Positions 12,720 through 25,508 of a DNA stretch of 64,000 nt are shown here, piece by piece. The notes beneath the pieces were generated by a model. That model worked only from the letters and a program-made list of their open reading frames with translations. It was not told the DNA's origin and did no database searches. Source of the stretch: Lama guanicoe (lineage: Eukaryota); assembly GCA_013239625.1 (NCBI GenBank), contig MU054187.1, positions 13,362,974 to 13,426,973 of the forward strand, read 5' to 3'. Each line of letters starts with the position of its first letter. The stretch's first letter is position 1. The translations under genes and the position numbers were made by a program.

Positions 12720-13110
12720 GCAACCCGCGGAACCGAGAAAACTATCAAAGAGGCGCTGGGCTACGTTCCCCAGGAAGGACCGGCCGCCCTGTAGACACCA
12801 GCCAGGGCTCCAGGGCCCAGGTCGTGGGCCTTTTCACGGCAGCGCCGGGTACAGAGTGCGATGCCCGGGCCTGGGAGCTGGAGGTTCCGGCGCAGGCGCC
12901 GCGCAGGTCACGTGGTGTGCAGGTCCCAGGACGGGGGGGGGGCGCAGGTCACGTGGATGCCGGTCACGTGGTGTGCAGGTCACACGGCGGGGGGCGGGGA
13001 GGTCACGTGGGGTGCGCAAGGTCAGGCCGGCCATGTTTCTTCGTCTCCCCGAAGCCTGGGGCCGCCTTCGCTCCTGGGTTCGCGCGGGGTGTCTCCACGC
13101 TCCCTGACCG
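12720..13110. promoter_or_regulatory. Small CpG island with four GGTCACGTGG E-boxes and a GC box; candidate promoter/enhancer
   Basis: GGTCACGTGG at 12906, 12947, 12962 and 13001; GGGGCGGGG at 12991; locally high CpG. Confidence 0.65.
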
Positions 13111-15929
13111 GGAGAGAAGGGAACTTCTGGCACTTGGATCCTGCTAGTCACGCGCCTGTGGGAACAGTGGAACTGGGACGGGAGGAGTCCTTTGTCATCC
13201 ATGACGCGACAAATCCTCCTCTGCTTGTTTATTTATCCAAGAATTGCAGCCAGATTTTTCCCTCCTTGGAGCCCCAGGAGGCCTTAGGGTTTAGGCAGGC
13301 CAGTGCCTGGACACATCAGGTTTGCGAAGTTTGAAGGTAGACAAGCCGGAATGAAGCATGAAAAAGGGGAGCGGGAAGGTGTTGAGACTCAGAGACTTGA
13401 TTTTCTCTGCCATTTAGGGCAGAAGGAAAAGCCCTCACTGATTGTGTTGGCAATTGAAAATGCAGGAGACTGTGAAAAAGATTTTTTTTTTTTAAAGCGG
13501 TGCATGTGGATTCTTGGACGCCATAACTGTTTTGCAAACCCCAGATTACTAGAACGCTGCTTGTCTCCTGCAAATGACTTTGAACACTCCATTAGGAGAT
13601 TAAAGCAGCCCAGCTCTCAGGAAGAAAAGCCCTATTGGGCGAAGATCTCCTTGGAAGGCCTGTTTGCAGAAACCCTGGACTTCACCGATTTGGTGGTTCC
13701 TGGAGAGCAGGTAAGTCTGGACTGTAGCTCATGGGTCTGATAGAAATTTTATTTAAAAAATTTCCTTGAGACAGCCTTTCATTCCTAGGCAGAAGCTAAG
13801 ACTCTGACATAGGAGATTTTTCTTTTACTGTTGAATTTTATCGGCAGTACTTTGGAAGTGTGAAAACCTTCCATTACGAAACACGCTTTGAAATGTAGCA
13901 GCCAGCTCTGGTCTCCAGTATGTGATCCCAAGCCTTGGAGTTAATTTAAGGAGAGAGTGACATCCTGCCATGTGGCATGTTCTGGGAAGAGGCACCTCTG
14001 TTCTAGACATTAGGAGATCTCTGCCTATCAGCTCAGCCACCTTTGGCCACTTGCTGGCCTTCTTGGAGTTGTTTCTCTGTGCATAGCCACCTCCCAGGTG
14101 GTCGTGGTGAGGGACAAGCAGACCACCGTGTGCAAGTTCCACTGGAAACTGTAGAACATTGTACAAGGTCAGTTATTACTTTTTTGTCCCCATTCTCTTC
14201 CCTGGGGGCTCGTTCTTGTCTTCCCCCCCTCCCAAAAGTAGGCTCTGCTCAGAGTCACTCTCATTTCAGCAGCCCTGCACCCTCTGTCCCCTTCCCCCTC
14301 AGTGCCTCATCCTCTATAGAACATCAAGTAAAAACTAAATGCCGCCTGGCGCCAGAAGGAAATTCTCATGTAATAGATACTTTGTGGTGTCGGAGAGCAA
14401 GGATTCTGTACACTTTGTCAACCAGTCCCTTAAACTCTTCTGTAAAAGGAGGCCTGGCTTATTTACATACAAACTTTGTTTCCCTAGCCCCAAGCCCCTC
14501 TGACCTCCAGTTCTAAAATGAGCTCTCATAACGATCAGAAAACTGGGAGGTGTTTTGGGAAATGTGCCCATTTTTTCTTGATTTTTTTTTCCTTTGGCTT
14601 ATTTGTGCTGCTCTGCCCAATTAGCAAGGATAATGAGCCAATTAGCTAGCAGAGAGGGGGAAAAATGCTGCTACATTTCTCTGTAGGTTTCAGTCTCAAA
14701 GGAGAACTCTTTGAGGATGTTGGAAACAGAACTGGGTAAGTTATCCTCATGCCTGTTTCATCACCCTGCCCCTAGTCCTTCTTAGATTGCCACACTCAAG
14801 CAACTCCCTTTAGGGAATAGAGGAGCAGAATTAAAATAAATAATAAGAAAAGTAAAAGACTAAACTGTAAACTCAAGGAAGGCAGAGGCTGTGCCTTGTT
14901 CATCTGGGTCTTCCCAGTATCTAGCACTGCCTTTGAAAGGTACTAACTAAATATTTGATGATTTAAAATATTCACAAACACGTAAACACAGTCCAGTATT
15001 CACTCGTTATTCATGGGAGACACACGTTCAACCTATCCTTTGCCCTTCATTTAACCAACTCAGTTTATTGCTCTCCCCCACTGTCAACACTTACAGAGAT
15101 CCAATTTAACTTTTCATTAATTGAATGGACTTCTAAAGAGCATCTTCTGTTTTCAAATGTAGCTTTATATGTCTGTTTACTTATACTATACTTGCCACAA
15201 CCATGGAGTTAATTCTAAATAACTAAAGAGTTGCATTTATGGTAAACACTGCAGTGCAAGATTTCTTATGAAAATGAAATCTGACTTTAAATAGAATTTG
15301 TAACTTTTTTTCCTGATTGAAAAAAATACAGAATTTTTATAAAATTTCAGGGGATCACAGACTTACAAAGCCTCAGATTAAACCTTTATCATAGAGTAAG
15401 GGGAGACTGAGACCCTTAAAGGCCCACACATTTACTGGGTGAACAGAGAAGAGGAATTCAAAAAAAGGGGCAGGAATCAGAGAGGTGAGAGGAAAACCAA
15501 GGGAGAGTAGTGTCGTTGAAAGCAAGGGAGGAATTTCAGGGATAATGGGGGTGGAACTTGCAGTTGAGGAAAGGTCTTGTTTTGAAGCTTCCCCTGTGCT
15601 CCCAACACATGGCAATAAGAGTTAAAGTGTAACAGTAGGAAACTAAAAAGACATAGCCATGAGCAAAAGCTAGAAAAATACCTCTGTGGACCAGGAATAG
15701 AACAGAAACTGAACGTTGCGTGGAGTCGAAGCTCCTGGCAGGTCCTCAGGGTCTCCTCCAGGCAGGGGCATCCAGGAGTTGAGTTCCTTTGCACAAAGGG
15801 GAATGTAACTGTCCCAACTGAGGAGGGAGGCTGACCTGGGTCACTCCCTAAATTAGGATGCTGGAGCACGGCTCCACCTTAGTGAATACGACCACTGAGG
15901 AAGTAAAGGAAAGCAGGCGCAGCCAGCAT

Positions 15930-16780
15930 GTTGGCTGTGTGACTGGATCAGTTTCTATTGTATTTTTTCTCTTAATTGTGGCTCACGTTTTCCTACTACT
16001 TTGCATGCCTGGTGACTTTTGTTTGGATGCCAGGCTTTGTGAATTTTGTCTGTTGGTTGCTGGCATCTTTGGATTCCTGGAAGTATTATCTGTCTTTATT
16101 CTGGGATTCATTTAAGTTAGTTGGAAATCATGTAATCCTTTCTGATCTTGCTTTTAAAATAGGTAGAAGGAATCAGCGCAGTGCTTGTTCTAAGTCTAAT
16201 TATTCCCCCTGCTGAGGCAACTCTTCTGAGCACTCGACCTAATGCCCTGTGAATTGTGAGCTTTTCCCATCTGGCTGGGGCAGGTATCATTCCTGGTCCT
16301 GTGTGAGGACCTGGCACTGCTCCCTCTGATCTTTTTGGGTGGGAGTTCCTTTCAGCCTTTGGTAGGTTCCATGTATTCTTGTGCTGATCAGCTGAAAACG
16401 CCAGGGGGACCCTCTGCAGATCTCCAGAGTTGTCTCTGTGCAGCTCCCTTCTCTCTGGTCCTCTTCTCTGTGAATTCCAGCTGCCTTGTTCTCCCCAGTC
16501 TCTCAGCTCTGTCTGTTCCACTCAGGGGGTCGGTCTGGGCTCTCCCTTTCTGCTCCTCAGCCTGGAAGCCTCTGTGGTGGCGATAGCCGGGGTGGCTGTA
16601 GCCGTTATAGGGCTTTCCTGGTTTGTTTCCCATCCCTTAGGGTCCCCTGTCCTGTACTACCTCATGCCCAGTGTTTGGAGAACCATTATTTCATGTATTT
16701 TGCCTGTTTTGTGGTGGTTTCTCATGGAAGGGTGAGTCTTTAATTTTATCTCTGGAACTCAATTTTGGTCAAGTGGAAGT
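15930..16780 (-). mobile_element. Old L1 (L1M-type) 5' region fragment
   Basis: TTTGCATGCCTGGTGACTTTTGTTTGGATGCCAGGCTTTGTGAATTT and terminal TTGGTCAAGTGGAAGTC resemble antisense L1MC/MD 5' ends. Confidence 0.6.
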
Positions 16781-16802
16781 CTTTGGAATTACACCTTAGA
16801 AA

Positions 16803-16887
16803 ATTTTCTTTCTTTCTTTTCTTTCTTTCCTTCCTTCCTTCTTTTCTTTTCTCTTTCCTTCCTTCCTTCTTTTCTTCTTTCTTTCTT
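16803..16887. repeat. (CTTT/CCTT)n simple repeat
   Basis: Direct inspection. Confidence 0.9.
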
Positions 16888-18204
16888 GAATTATACTTGC
16901 TTAGACATGCTTGTATTTTGAGGAAGAGATTAAAGATTTTAAAAATATGAGAAACAAAAAGGAATAGCAGTGGGCCATGTTCCCAGAGAGATGGAGGGGT
17001 TAGCTTTGAAGAGCAGAAGATACACCTCTTTGCCCAAAATGAGTTGAAAATAAATAATGTAGGGTGCAGGTAGATCAGCAGAGGTTTCTCATGGGAAGTT
17101 AAAGCGCTGTTAGCCCCTGAGGGGCTTTATTTGCTCAGTGGACTCTAAGTTAAGGTTATTGGCTTAGAATAGGTGAGCAGGCATGAGGAGTCCAGATTAA
17201 CAGAAGTGGGAAATGTGGAGTAACCATTTTGGACAATGTAAGAAAGGACTGAGTAGGTGTAAGGAAAGTCTTTCAGAGCCGTACTAAGGGCCCTGATGAG
17301 GTTGGCTGAGTAGCACTCACGCCCAGTAACAAATGTGAAGTTTTCTAGCACTGTGGTTGATAGGTATTGGTTTTTAGGTAAAAATAGTTGAATCTTGATA
17401 ATGAGTTTGCATACTTAGTATGAAGAATTTATGGGAATAAGCTGCTAATGGGTTCAGTTAGGTTTTAACGAGGTAGAGAGGCAATTTAGGAATATGGAGA
17501 TATTAGGGGAGATACTCTGAGTTTTAGAAGAAGCTTCTATGGTTGGAGACCCGTGGTATGCAGGAGGGAGGCAAAATGAAGGCATATTTTGTTTATTTTT
17601 TTCTTTTTGGGTTTAGTAGAAAGGGAAGGATTTGCAGACACAGTGCCACTGAGTTGCACAAGTCTTGAGGGTACTATTGACATAGAGTACAATATGGAAG
17701 AGTCCATATATTTATTTTCTATTTATTTTTAAATATTATGTGTTTTTTATTGAATGTATATTATATTTTTCAGTTGTGCCTTGGCCTTACAACTAAAATA
17801 CATAAATGCATGCATGCATACATACACACAAACTGTTCTTCAAAATTTAGGCTACCTGAAGGTATTGGCAGATTTCTTTCAATATATTCCACAGCCATTT
17901 AGAACACAGCAAATATTGGGTATTTTAAGTTGATGGTAAGCCCCTGATTTCTTAATATTAGCCAGAGGGCACTCACTGGCATGTGATATATAATTTAATG
18001 GGTGGAAAAAAACTAGTGTAAGTCAGATTAGTCCCTGACTGCCCTTATTTTCTCACCCTGCACACCGAATTTCAGTATCCCCACACATTTTACAATAAAG
18101 GTATTGAGGTTAAGAGAGGTGAAGTCCCTTGCTGAGAGTCAGCTGAAGGAGAACTCAGAATTCCAGACTAGGAGTCTAGCACTCTTGTTACCATATGCCC
18201 ACAG

Positions 18205-18505
18205 TAGTTAAATTTGATGTTTCAGTTTGGCTAGGGCATAGTACCCAGATATTTGATCAAACTCTATTCTAGATGCCTTTGTGGAGTTTGTTTTTTTTTT
18301 AAGATGAACTTCACATTTAAATCAGTAGACTGAGTAAAACAGTTTATTCTCTGTAGTGTGAGTGGGCCTTATCCCATCAGTAGACTGTCTTAATAGAAAA
18401 AGACTGACCTCCTCCTCAGAAGAGGAGATTCTGCAGGGAGATTGCCTTCAGACTTGAGCTCAAGCTCTTTCCTCTGTCTCCAGCCTGCTGCCTACGCTGC
18501 AGAGA
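18205..18505 (+). mobile_element. ERVL LTR fragment (MLT2B-like)
   Basis: GTACCCAGATATTTGATCAAAC...CATTTAAATCAGTAGACTGAGTAAAACAG...TCTCCAGCCTGCTGCCTAC. Confidence 0.75.
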
Positions 18506-19824
18506 ATGTTCATAAAGACAGTTAAATCCTAGAGAATTTAATAAGCATGATCATGTGCAATACTAGGCATTCTGTGCTTAAATTGGGAATATTTAAATTA
18601 TAAAGGAATAGTGAATCTCATAACCCTTGAAATTTAGTTCTCATCTTAGAAGTCATGGAAAAATTAGTCTTGCCAGGGAGAAAAATGCCCCAAGTAACTA
18701 TTAAGTATCAACACATTGACTTTTCATATTTCCTTTTGATATTATTTATGCTGCTTGGTTGAAAAATACTGATTTTAATTATAAATTTTCCTTTACATTG
18801 TTTAGATTCATATGACCCCTGAATCTTTTCCTTTAATAGAAATATAATTCTCCTACCACAGAATTCACCCTTCGTAAACATGCAGTTCATGGTTTTTAGT
18901 ATTTTCACAAGGTTGTACAATCATTACCTTTGTGTATTTCCAAAATATTTTTATCATCCCAAATGAAACCCCAAAACAATTAGCAGTCACTCCTCACCTC
19001 CGGGAAGCTACTCCTCCACAGCTCGTGGAAACCACTGATCTTTCTGTCTCTGTGTATTTGTCTCTTCTGGTCATATTACATGAATGGAATCATTAATTTC
19101 ATTTATAAGCCATCCATATAATAAGTTACAGAACTTAATGCCTTAGTTTATTTATTATAAACATATTATTAAGTATAATGTTTTTCAAGGTTTATCCATA
19201 TTTTAGCATATATTAGTACTTTTTATATGGCTGGATAATACTCCATTGTGTGTTTGTTATCCATTCATCAACTGATGGACATTTGGGTTGTTTCCACTTT
19301 TTGGCTGTTATGAATAATGATGCTATAAATATTTGTGTATACGATTTTGTGTGAACATATGTTTTCAAGCTTCTTGGGTATATATCTAGGAGTGGAAATG
19401 CCGAGTCATATGGTAACTCTTATGTTTAACTTTCTGAGAATCTATCAGGTTACTTTCCGAGGTGGCTGTACCATTTTATGTTTCCAAAAGCAAAGTAGAA
19501 AAGTTCCAATTTCTCCACATCCTTATCAACATTCTTTATTGTACTTTGTTCAGGTTATAGTCATCCCAGTGGGTGTGAAGTGATGTCTCATTGAGGTTTT
19601 GATTTGCATTTCCCCAATGACTAATGATATTTGGCATTTTTCTATGTGCTTGTTGGCCATTTGTATATCTTCTTTGAAAAAAAAGTCTATTCAAGCCCTG
19701 GTCCATTTTTTAATTGGAGTGTTTGTATTTTTGTTGTTAAATTGTAAGTTTTCTTTATTTATTCTGGCTACTAGACCCTAATCAAATATATGATTTGTAA
19801 ATATGTTTTCCCATTCTGTCTTCT

Positions 19825-20550
19825 TAAACTATAGTTGATTTACAATCTTGTGTTAGTTTCAGGTGTACAGCTTCAGATTCTTTTCCATTATAGGTTATTA
19901 CAAGATATTGAATATAGTTCCATGTGCTATACAGTAAATCCTTATTGTTTATCTATTTTATATATAGTAGTATGTATCTAGTAATCCCCAACTTCTAATT
20001 TATCCCTCCCCCCACCTTTCCCTTTGGTAACTATAAGTTTGTTTTCTATGTCTGTGAGTTTGTTTCCGTTTTGTAAATAAGTTGATTTGTATTACTTTTT
20101 AAATTCCACATATATGTCATATCATAAAATATTTGTCTTTCTCTGGCTGACTAACTTCACTTAGTATAATAGTCTCTAGGTCCATCCGTGTTGCTGCAAA
20201 TGGCATTATTTCATTATTTTTATGACTGAGTAATATTCCATTGTGTGTGTGTATATATATATATACCACATCTTCTTTATTGATTCATCTGTTGATGGGC
20301 ATTTAGGTTATTTCCATGTCTTGACTGTTGTGAATATTACTGCTATGACCATTGGTGTGCTTGTATCTTTTCAAATTAGAGTTTCTGTCTTTTCTGGGTG
20401 TATGCCCCAGAGTGGGATTGCTGGATCATATGGTAACTCTATTTTTAGTGTTTTAAGGAAGCTGTAGACAGTTTTCCATAGTGGCTGTACCAATTTACTT
20501 TCCTACTGACAGTGTAGGAGGGTTCCCTCTTCTCCACACCCTCTCCAGCC
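19825..20550 (-). mobile_element. Younger lineage-specific L1 3' end nested in the older L1
   Basis: ATAGTTGATTTACAATCTTGTGTTAGTTTCAGGTGTACAGC...TATAGGTTATTACAAGATATTGAATATAGTTC, a cetartiodactyl-type L1 tail. Confidence 0.75.
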
Positions 20551-21683
20551 CTCCCTCTCTCTTGCTTTCTTGCTTTTTTCTTTTTGGTCTAATTGTCCTA
20601 GCTAGAATGTTGAAAAGAAGAGATAAGAGCATACATCCTTCTCTTATTCCTGAATTTTGGAGAAAAACATTCATTCTTTCACCAATAAGTATGATGTTAG
20701 CTGTGGATTTTTTGTAGATGTGCTTTGTCATATTGAAGAAGTGTCATTCTACCCCTAGTTTGTTTGATGCTTTATCATGAAGGGTGTTGGATTTTGCAAA
20801 ATGCTTTTTCTGCATCTAATGAGCTCATCATGTGATTTTTGTACTTATTTCAATTGATATGGTGAATTACATTAATTGGCTTTTGGATGTAAAACCAACT
20901 TTACATTCCTGGAATAAATCCCAATTGGTTATGATACATAGCCCTTTTTATATATTGCTGGGTTTGATTGGCTAATATTTTATCAAGGATATTTATGTCT
21001 ATATTCAGAAGAGATACTGGTTTCTTTTCTTGTTATGTCTTTCTCTGTTTTTGGCATCATCAGTGTAATACTGGCATCATAGAATGAATTAGGAAGTGTT
21101 CCCTTCACTTCTGCTTTTTCAAAGAGTTTGTGAAGGGTTGATGTTAATCGTTCTTTAAATGTTTAGAGGAATTCACCAGTGCATTTATGGGCTTTCCTCT
21201 GGGAAGTTTTGTAATTACTAATTTAATCTCTTGTCACAGGTCTATTCAGAAATTTTATTTCTTCTTGAATCAGTTTTGGTAGTGTGTATCTTTATCTGAA
21301 TTTGCCAATTTAATTTAGATTATCTAATTTGTTGGCATGCAATTGCTCATAAAAGGTTTATAGAGAACCTTATAATCCTTTTTATTTTTGTGAAGTCAGT
21401 ACTAATGTCCCCTCTTTAAAGCCTGGTTTTAGTAATTTGAATCCAGTCTCTTCTTTTTGATCATTCTAACTAAAGGTTTGATTTCGTTGATCTTACCAGA
21501 GAGCTAACATTTTGATTTTGTTGATCATTCTTTATTTTTATATTCTGTTTTATTTCCACAGTGACCATCGTTTTCTTCCTTCTGCTTGCATTTAGTTTAC
21601 TTTGCTCTTCTAGTTTCTTAAGGTGGAAGTTTAGGTTATTGATTTGAATCCTTTTTGTCTTTTTAAATATAGGCATTTACAGG

Positions 21684-22130
21684 TGTGGTGGATAATTTTA
21701 TGTATTGACTTAGGCTTAGGGATACCCAGAGATAGCTGGGAAAGCATTGTTTCTGGACACATCTGTGTGGCTGTCTCCAGAAGAGATTGACATTTGAGTC
21801 AGTGGACTGCATAAAAATGATTGCCCTCACCAACATGGATGAGCATCATCCAATCGTTTGAAGGGTCTGAGTAGAATTAAAATGTGGAGGAAGGGCTGGT
21901 TCACTTTCTCTACTTGAGCTGAGATATCCACCTTCCCTTGCCTTTGGACAGCAGCTGTCCTGGTTCTTGGGCCTTCAGACTCAAACTGAATTCCACTGCC
22001 AGCTTGCAGATGGTGGATTGGATTGTGGAACTTCTCAGCCTCCAAAATCCTGTGAGCCAATTCCTATACTAAAACTCCTCTTATATGTATCCTTTTGGTT
22101 TTGTCTCTCTGGAGAACCCTGACTAATGCA
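21684..22130 (+). mobile_element. Solo ERVL LTR (MLT2C/D-like) inserted in L1
   Basis: TG...CA termini, end GGAGAACCCTGACTAATGCA, near-perfect 5-bp TSD ACAGG/AAAGG. Confidence 0.85.
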
Positions 22131-22649
22131 AAAGGTATAAATTTCCCTCAGGCACTGCTTTAGTTATATTTCTCAAGTTTTGGTTTCTTGTGTCTTCCTT
22201 TTCTTACATCAAAGTATTTTCTAATTTCCTTTGTGATTTCTTCTTTGACTTACTGACTTTTTAAGGAATATGTTGTTTAATTGCCACATCTGTGTGAGTT
22301 CCCAAATATCCTTCTATAATTGGAGAAATACTTCTTATTATTTGAGGCTTTTACTTTACTGACACTTGTTTTATGATGTAGCATACTCCCTATCCTGGAG
22401 AATGTTCCATGGTGTTCTCCTGTTGTCTGGAAAGTTACATATACGTGCATATATTATAGTATTGTTCAGGTATTCTATTTCTTTGTTGATCTTTCTAGTT
22501 CTGTCCATTATTAAAAATGGGATATTGAAGATCCAACTATGATTGTTGATTTTTTTCTAATTATTCCTTTAATTCTGACAGTTTTTAATTTACATATTTT
22601 GGTATTCTTTATGTAAGTTTATAATTGTTACATTTTCTTGGTGAATTGG

Positions 22650-22650
<1 letters not shown>

Positions 22651-22696
<46 letters not shown>
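22651..22696. repeat. (ATT)n microsatellite
   Basis: Perfect trinucleotide run. Confidence 0.95.
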
Positions 22697-25469
22697 GAAG
22701 TCTTCAATCTGATAAAAATGTACTATAGTCTGTTTTGTCTGATATTGGTATGGCCACTCTAGTTCCTTCAGTGACTGTTTGCAAAGTATATCTTGTCCAT
22801 CCTTTTATTTTATACGTATTTGTTTCTTAGAATCTAGAGAATATCTTTTGCAAATAGCATACAATTAGATCATGTTTTTCAACTGTTCTACCAGTCTCTG
22901 CTTTGGAGAGTTAAACTGGAGAGTTTAATTCATTTATATATAGGCAGTTACCAATGAGGTAGGATTTATGCCTACCATTTCACTGTTTGTTTTTTGTATA
23001 TCTTACATGTTTTTTATTCCTCTATTCTTCCATTACAGCCTCTTTTTGGTGTTAAATAGATATCTTATAGTGTATGATTTTAATTCTTTTGTCATTTCTT
23101 TTACTGTATATTTTTGGAATTACTTTATTTTTGGTTGCTCTGAGGGTTACAAATAATACCTTAATTTATAACAATCTATTTTGGATTAATACCAACTTAC
23201 TTTCAATAGCATACAAAAACCTTGCTCATATGGGGCTCTGTTTTCTCCTCCCCCCTTATTTTCTGTTACTGTCATACAAATTACATCTTTATGCATTGAA
23301 AAAAATCCATCAACACAGATTTATAATTATTGCAGTATGCAGCTGTCTTTTAAATCAAATAGGGGAGTTATCAGCAACAGAAAACATTTATACTGTTTTT
23401 TATATTTACCTACATTGTAAAGACCAATGCTCTTTTTTTCTTTGTCTGTATTCAAGAATTTGCAGAATACTGCTTAGCTCCCTTTAGTATGTCTTGTAGG
23501 GCAGGTTAGATAGTGACACATTTTCTCAGTTTGTTTTTTTTAATCTGAGAATGTCTTAATTTGCTTCTAATTTTTGAAAAATAGCTTTGCTGGATATTGA
23601 ATATTTTCTGTCAACAATTTGAATATGTTGTCCCACTGCCATATGGTTTCCATGGTTTCTGAGAAGAAATCGCTACAGTCTTATTGGGGATCCCTTTTAT
23701 GCGATGAGTTGCTTCTCTTTTGCTGTTTTCAAGACTCCCTCTTTGTTTTTTTTTCAGTTTGATTTTGATGTGTCTCAGTGTGGATATCTGTTTATCTTAT
23801 CATCATTTGTTGAATTTCTGGAATGTATATAGATGCATACCTCTCATCAGATGTGTGAAAGTTTCAGCCATTAGTTTTCAAATAATTTTTATGCTTCTTT
23901 TTCTCTCTCCTTTCCTTTTGGGACTCCCATAATTCATATATTACAGTATGTCTGTGTCCTACAAGTCTCTAGTCTCTTCTGTGTTTTTAATTCATTTTTA
24001 TTTCTCTCTCTCAGATAGTATTCTCAGTTCAGCTGTCTTCTAGTTCACTTGTTCTTTTTCTGGCTGCTCAAATCTGTTGAATCCTCTCTGGTACATTTTT
24101 CATTTAAATTTATGTACTTTCAATTTCCAGAGTTTCTATTTGATTTCTTTTTATAATTTCTGTCTCTATTGATAGTCTTTATTTGGTGAGACATTATTCT
24201 CATACTTACCTTTAGTCTTTAGACTTTTCTTTTAAAAGTTCTTTGAACATATTTAAAATAGCTAATTTAAAATCTTGTGTCTAGTAAGTCCAATGTCTGG
24301 GACTTCCTTAGGTATATTTTTCTATTGGTTGCTTTTCTTCCTCATGTGTGGGCCATACTTTATTGTTTCTTTGCATGCCTCATAGTTTTTTGTAGATAAC
24401 CAGACATTTTGAAAAAAACCAGACATGTAATGGTGGCAACTCTGGAAATCAGAACTTCTTCCTCTCCAGGGTTTGCAGTTCTATGCTGTTGTTTTTGTTT
24501 GTTTAGTGACTTTCCTGCACGAATTCCCTAAAGTCTGTGTTATTTGTTGTGTGTTACCACCAAAGTTTCTACTTAGTTAGCTTCATGGTCTGCTAATGAT
24601 TGGGCAGAGATTTCCTTAAATGCCTGAAACCAGTAAATCTCCCAGTCTTTGCTGAGGAGCTCACTGTGTGTGTGCTAGGGCACAGCTTCAACACTTAGCC
24701 AAGCAGTTCACAGTTCTCCCTCAGCCTTCCCTTCCTACTTGCAGAGGGCCTCGATGTCTTAAGCACATGCACAGCTCTGGGAATGTGACAGACGTGCCTC
24801 TATTTGTGGTTTTCTCAATTCCCAGGAGCATTTCAGAGCTTTTCAAAGCCCCTGTAGATTTCTTATCCAAACTTTTCCCTTTAACATTTTTGGTTAGCCT
24901 ATTATTATCCGGAAACATTATTTACTACCTTAAGCAGCTTCAGAGTTAAACAGTTGCCTATAATTTTTGACAAATGCACCTGGAGAAAAGACTTTTTGTA
25001 CTGGGTGAGCTCTGAGTCAGGTTAAATAAAGATATCACTTCAAGTAGGGTCTTGCAGAGAACTAAGGTCAGATAATGACAAGTCTTTTGGAATGAAACTT
25101 TAATGAAGCTCTTCCTCATTCTGCTCCCTCCAGTGGCTGTTAGTCTGCTGAATTTCGCTATGATTTTGAGCTGTCTGTTTTCAAGGCTAATGTAGAGGAG
25201 CTGGAGAGGAGGAATGGGCATAGGGCAAATTAAAATGCCACAAAGCACACTGTTCTTACCAAGATTCAGCTATTTTTTTCTTGCAAAGCCACTACCCAGA
25301 TTTCTGGGAGCCTTTGGTTAATTTCTAGCATTTCTGAAAATATTGAATCTGACAAATTTTTTGTGAGTTTTCTCATTGCTTTAATGGAGGAGTTGGAGGA
25401 GAGATTTTTTGGAGGTCACTGATCTGCCATTTTTGCTGACATCATTCCCTTTCCCACTGAATTGTGATG

Positions 25470-25475
<6 letters not shown>

Positions 25476-25507
<32 letters not shown>
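25476..25507. repeat. (CA)n microsatellite
   Basis: Direct inspection. Confidence 0.95.

Positions 25508-25508
<1 letters not shown>

Larger units (their letters stand above)
18830..25445 (-). mobile_element. Large degraded L1 (L1MB/MC-type; 3' end at left, 5' end near 25445) with nested insertions
   Basis: Antisense L1 3' UTR and ORF2 remnants (minus-strand KSTANIILIGERMNVFLQNSGIREGCMLLSLLFNI; IQINNLNFHLKKLEEQSKLNASRRK), T-rich strand bias, then ORF1/5'-like sequence. May be more than one element. Confidence 0.8.

Noticed and set aside
12900..13030. Repeat-spacer appearance (CRISPR-like)
   Set aside because: Mammalian DNA; repeats are only ~10-16 bp with irregular, related spacers, and there are no cas genes.
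12583..13334. Long overlapping ORFs (174, 145, 157 aa) in the second CpG island
   Set aside because: Low-complexity G/R/A-rich translations caused by high GC and the tandem motif.
13600..13710. Resemblance of LEGLFAETLDFTDLVVPGEQ to a BTB-domain start
   Set aside because: No following AHK/R-x-VL motif found in candidate exons; too weak to call.
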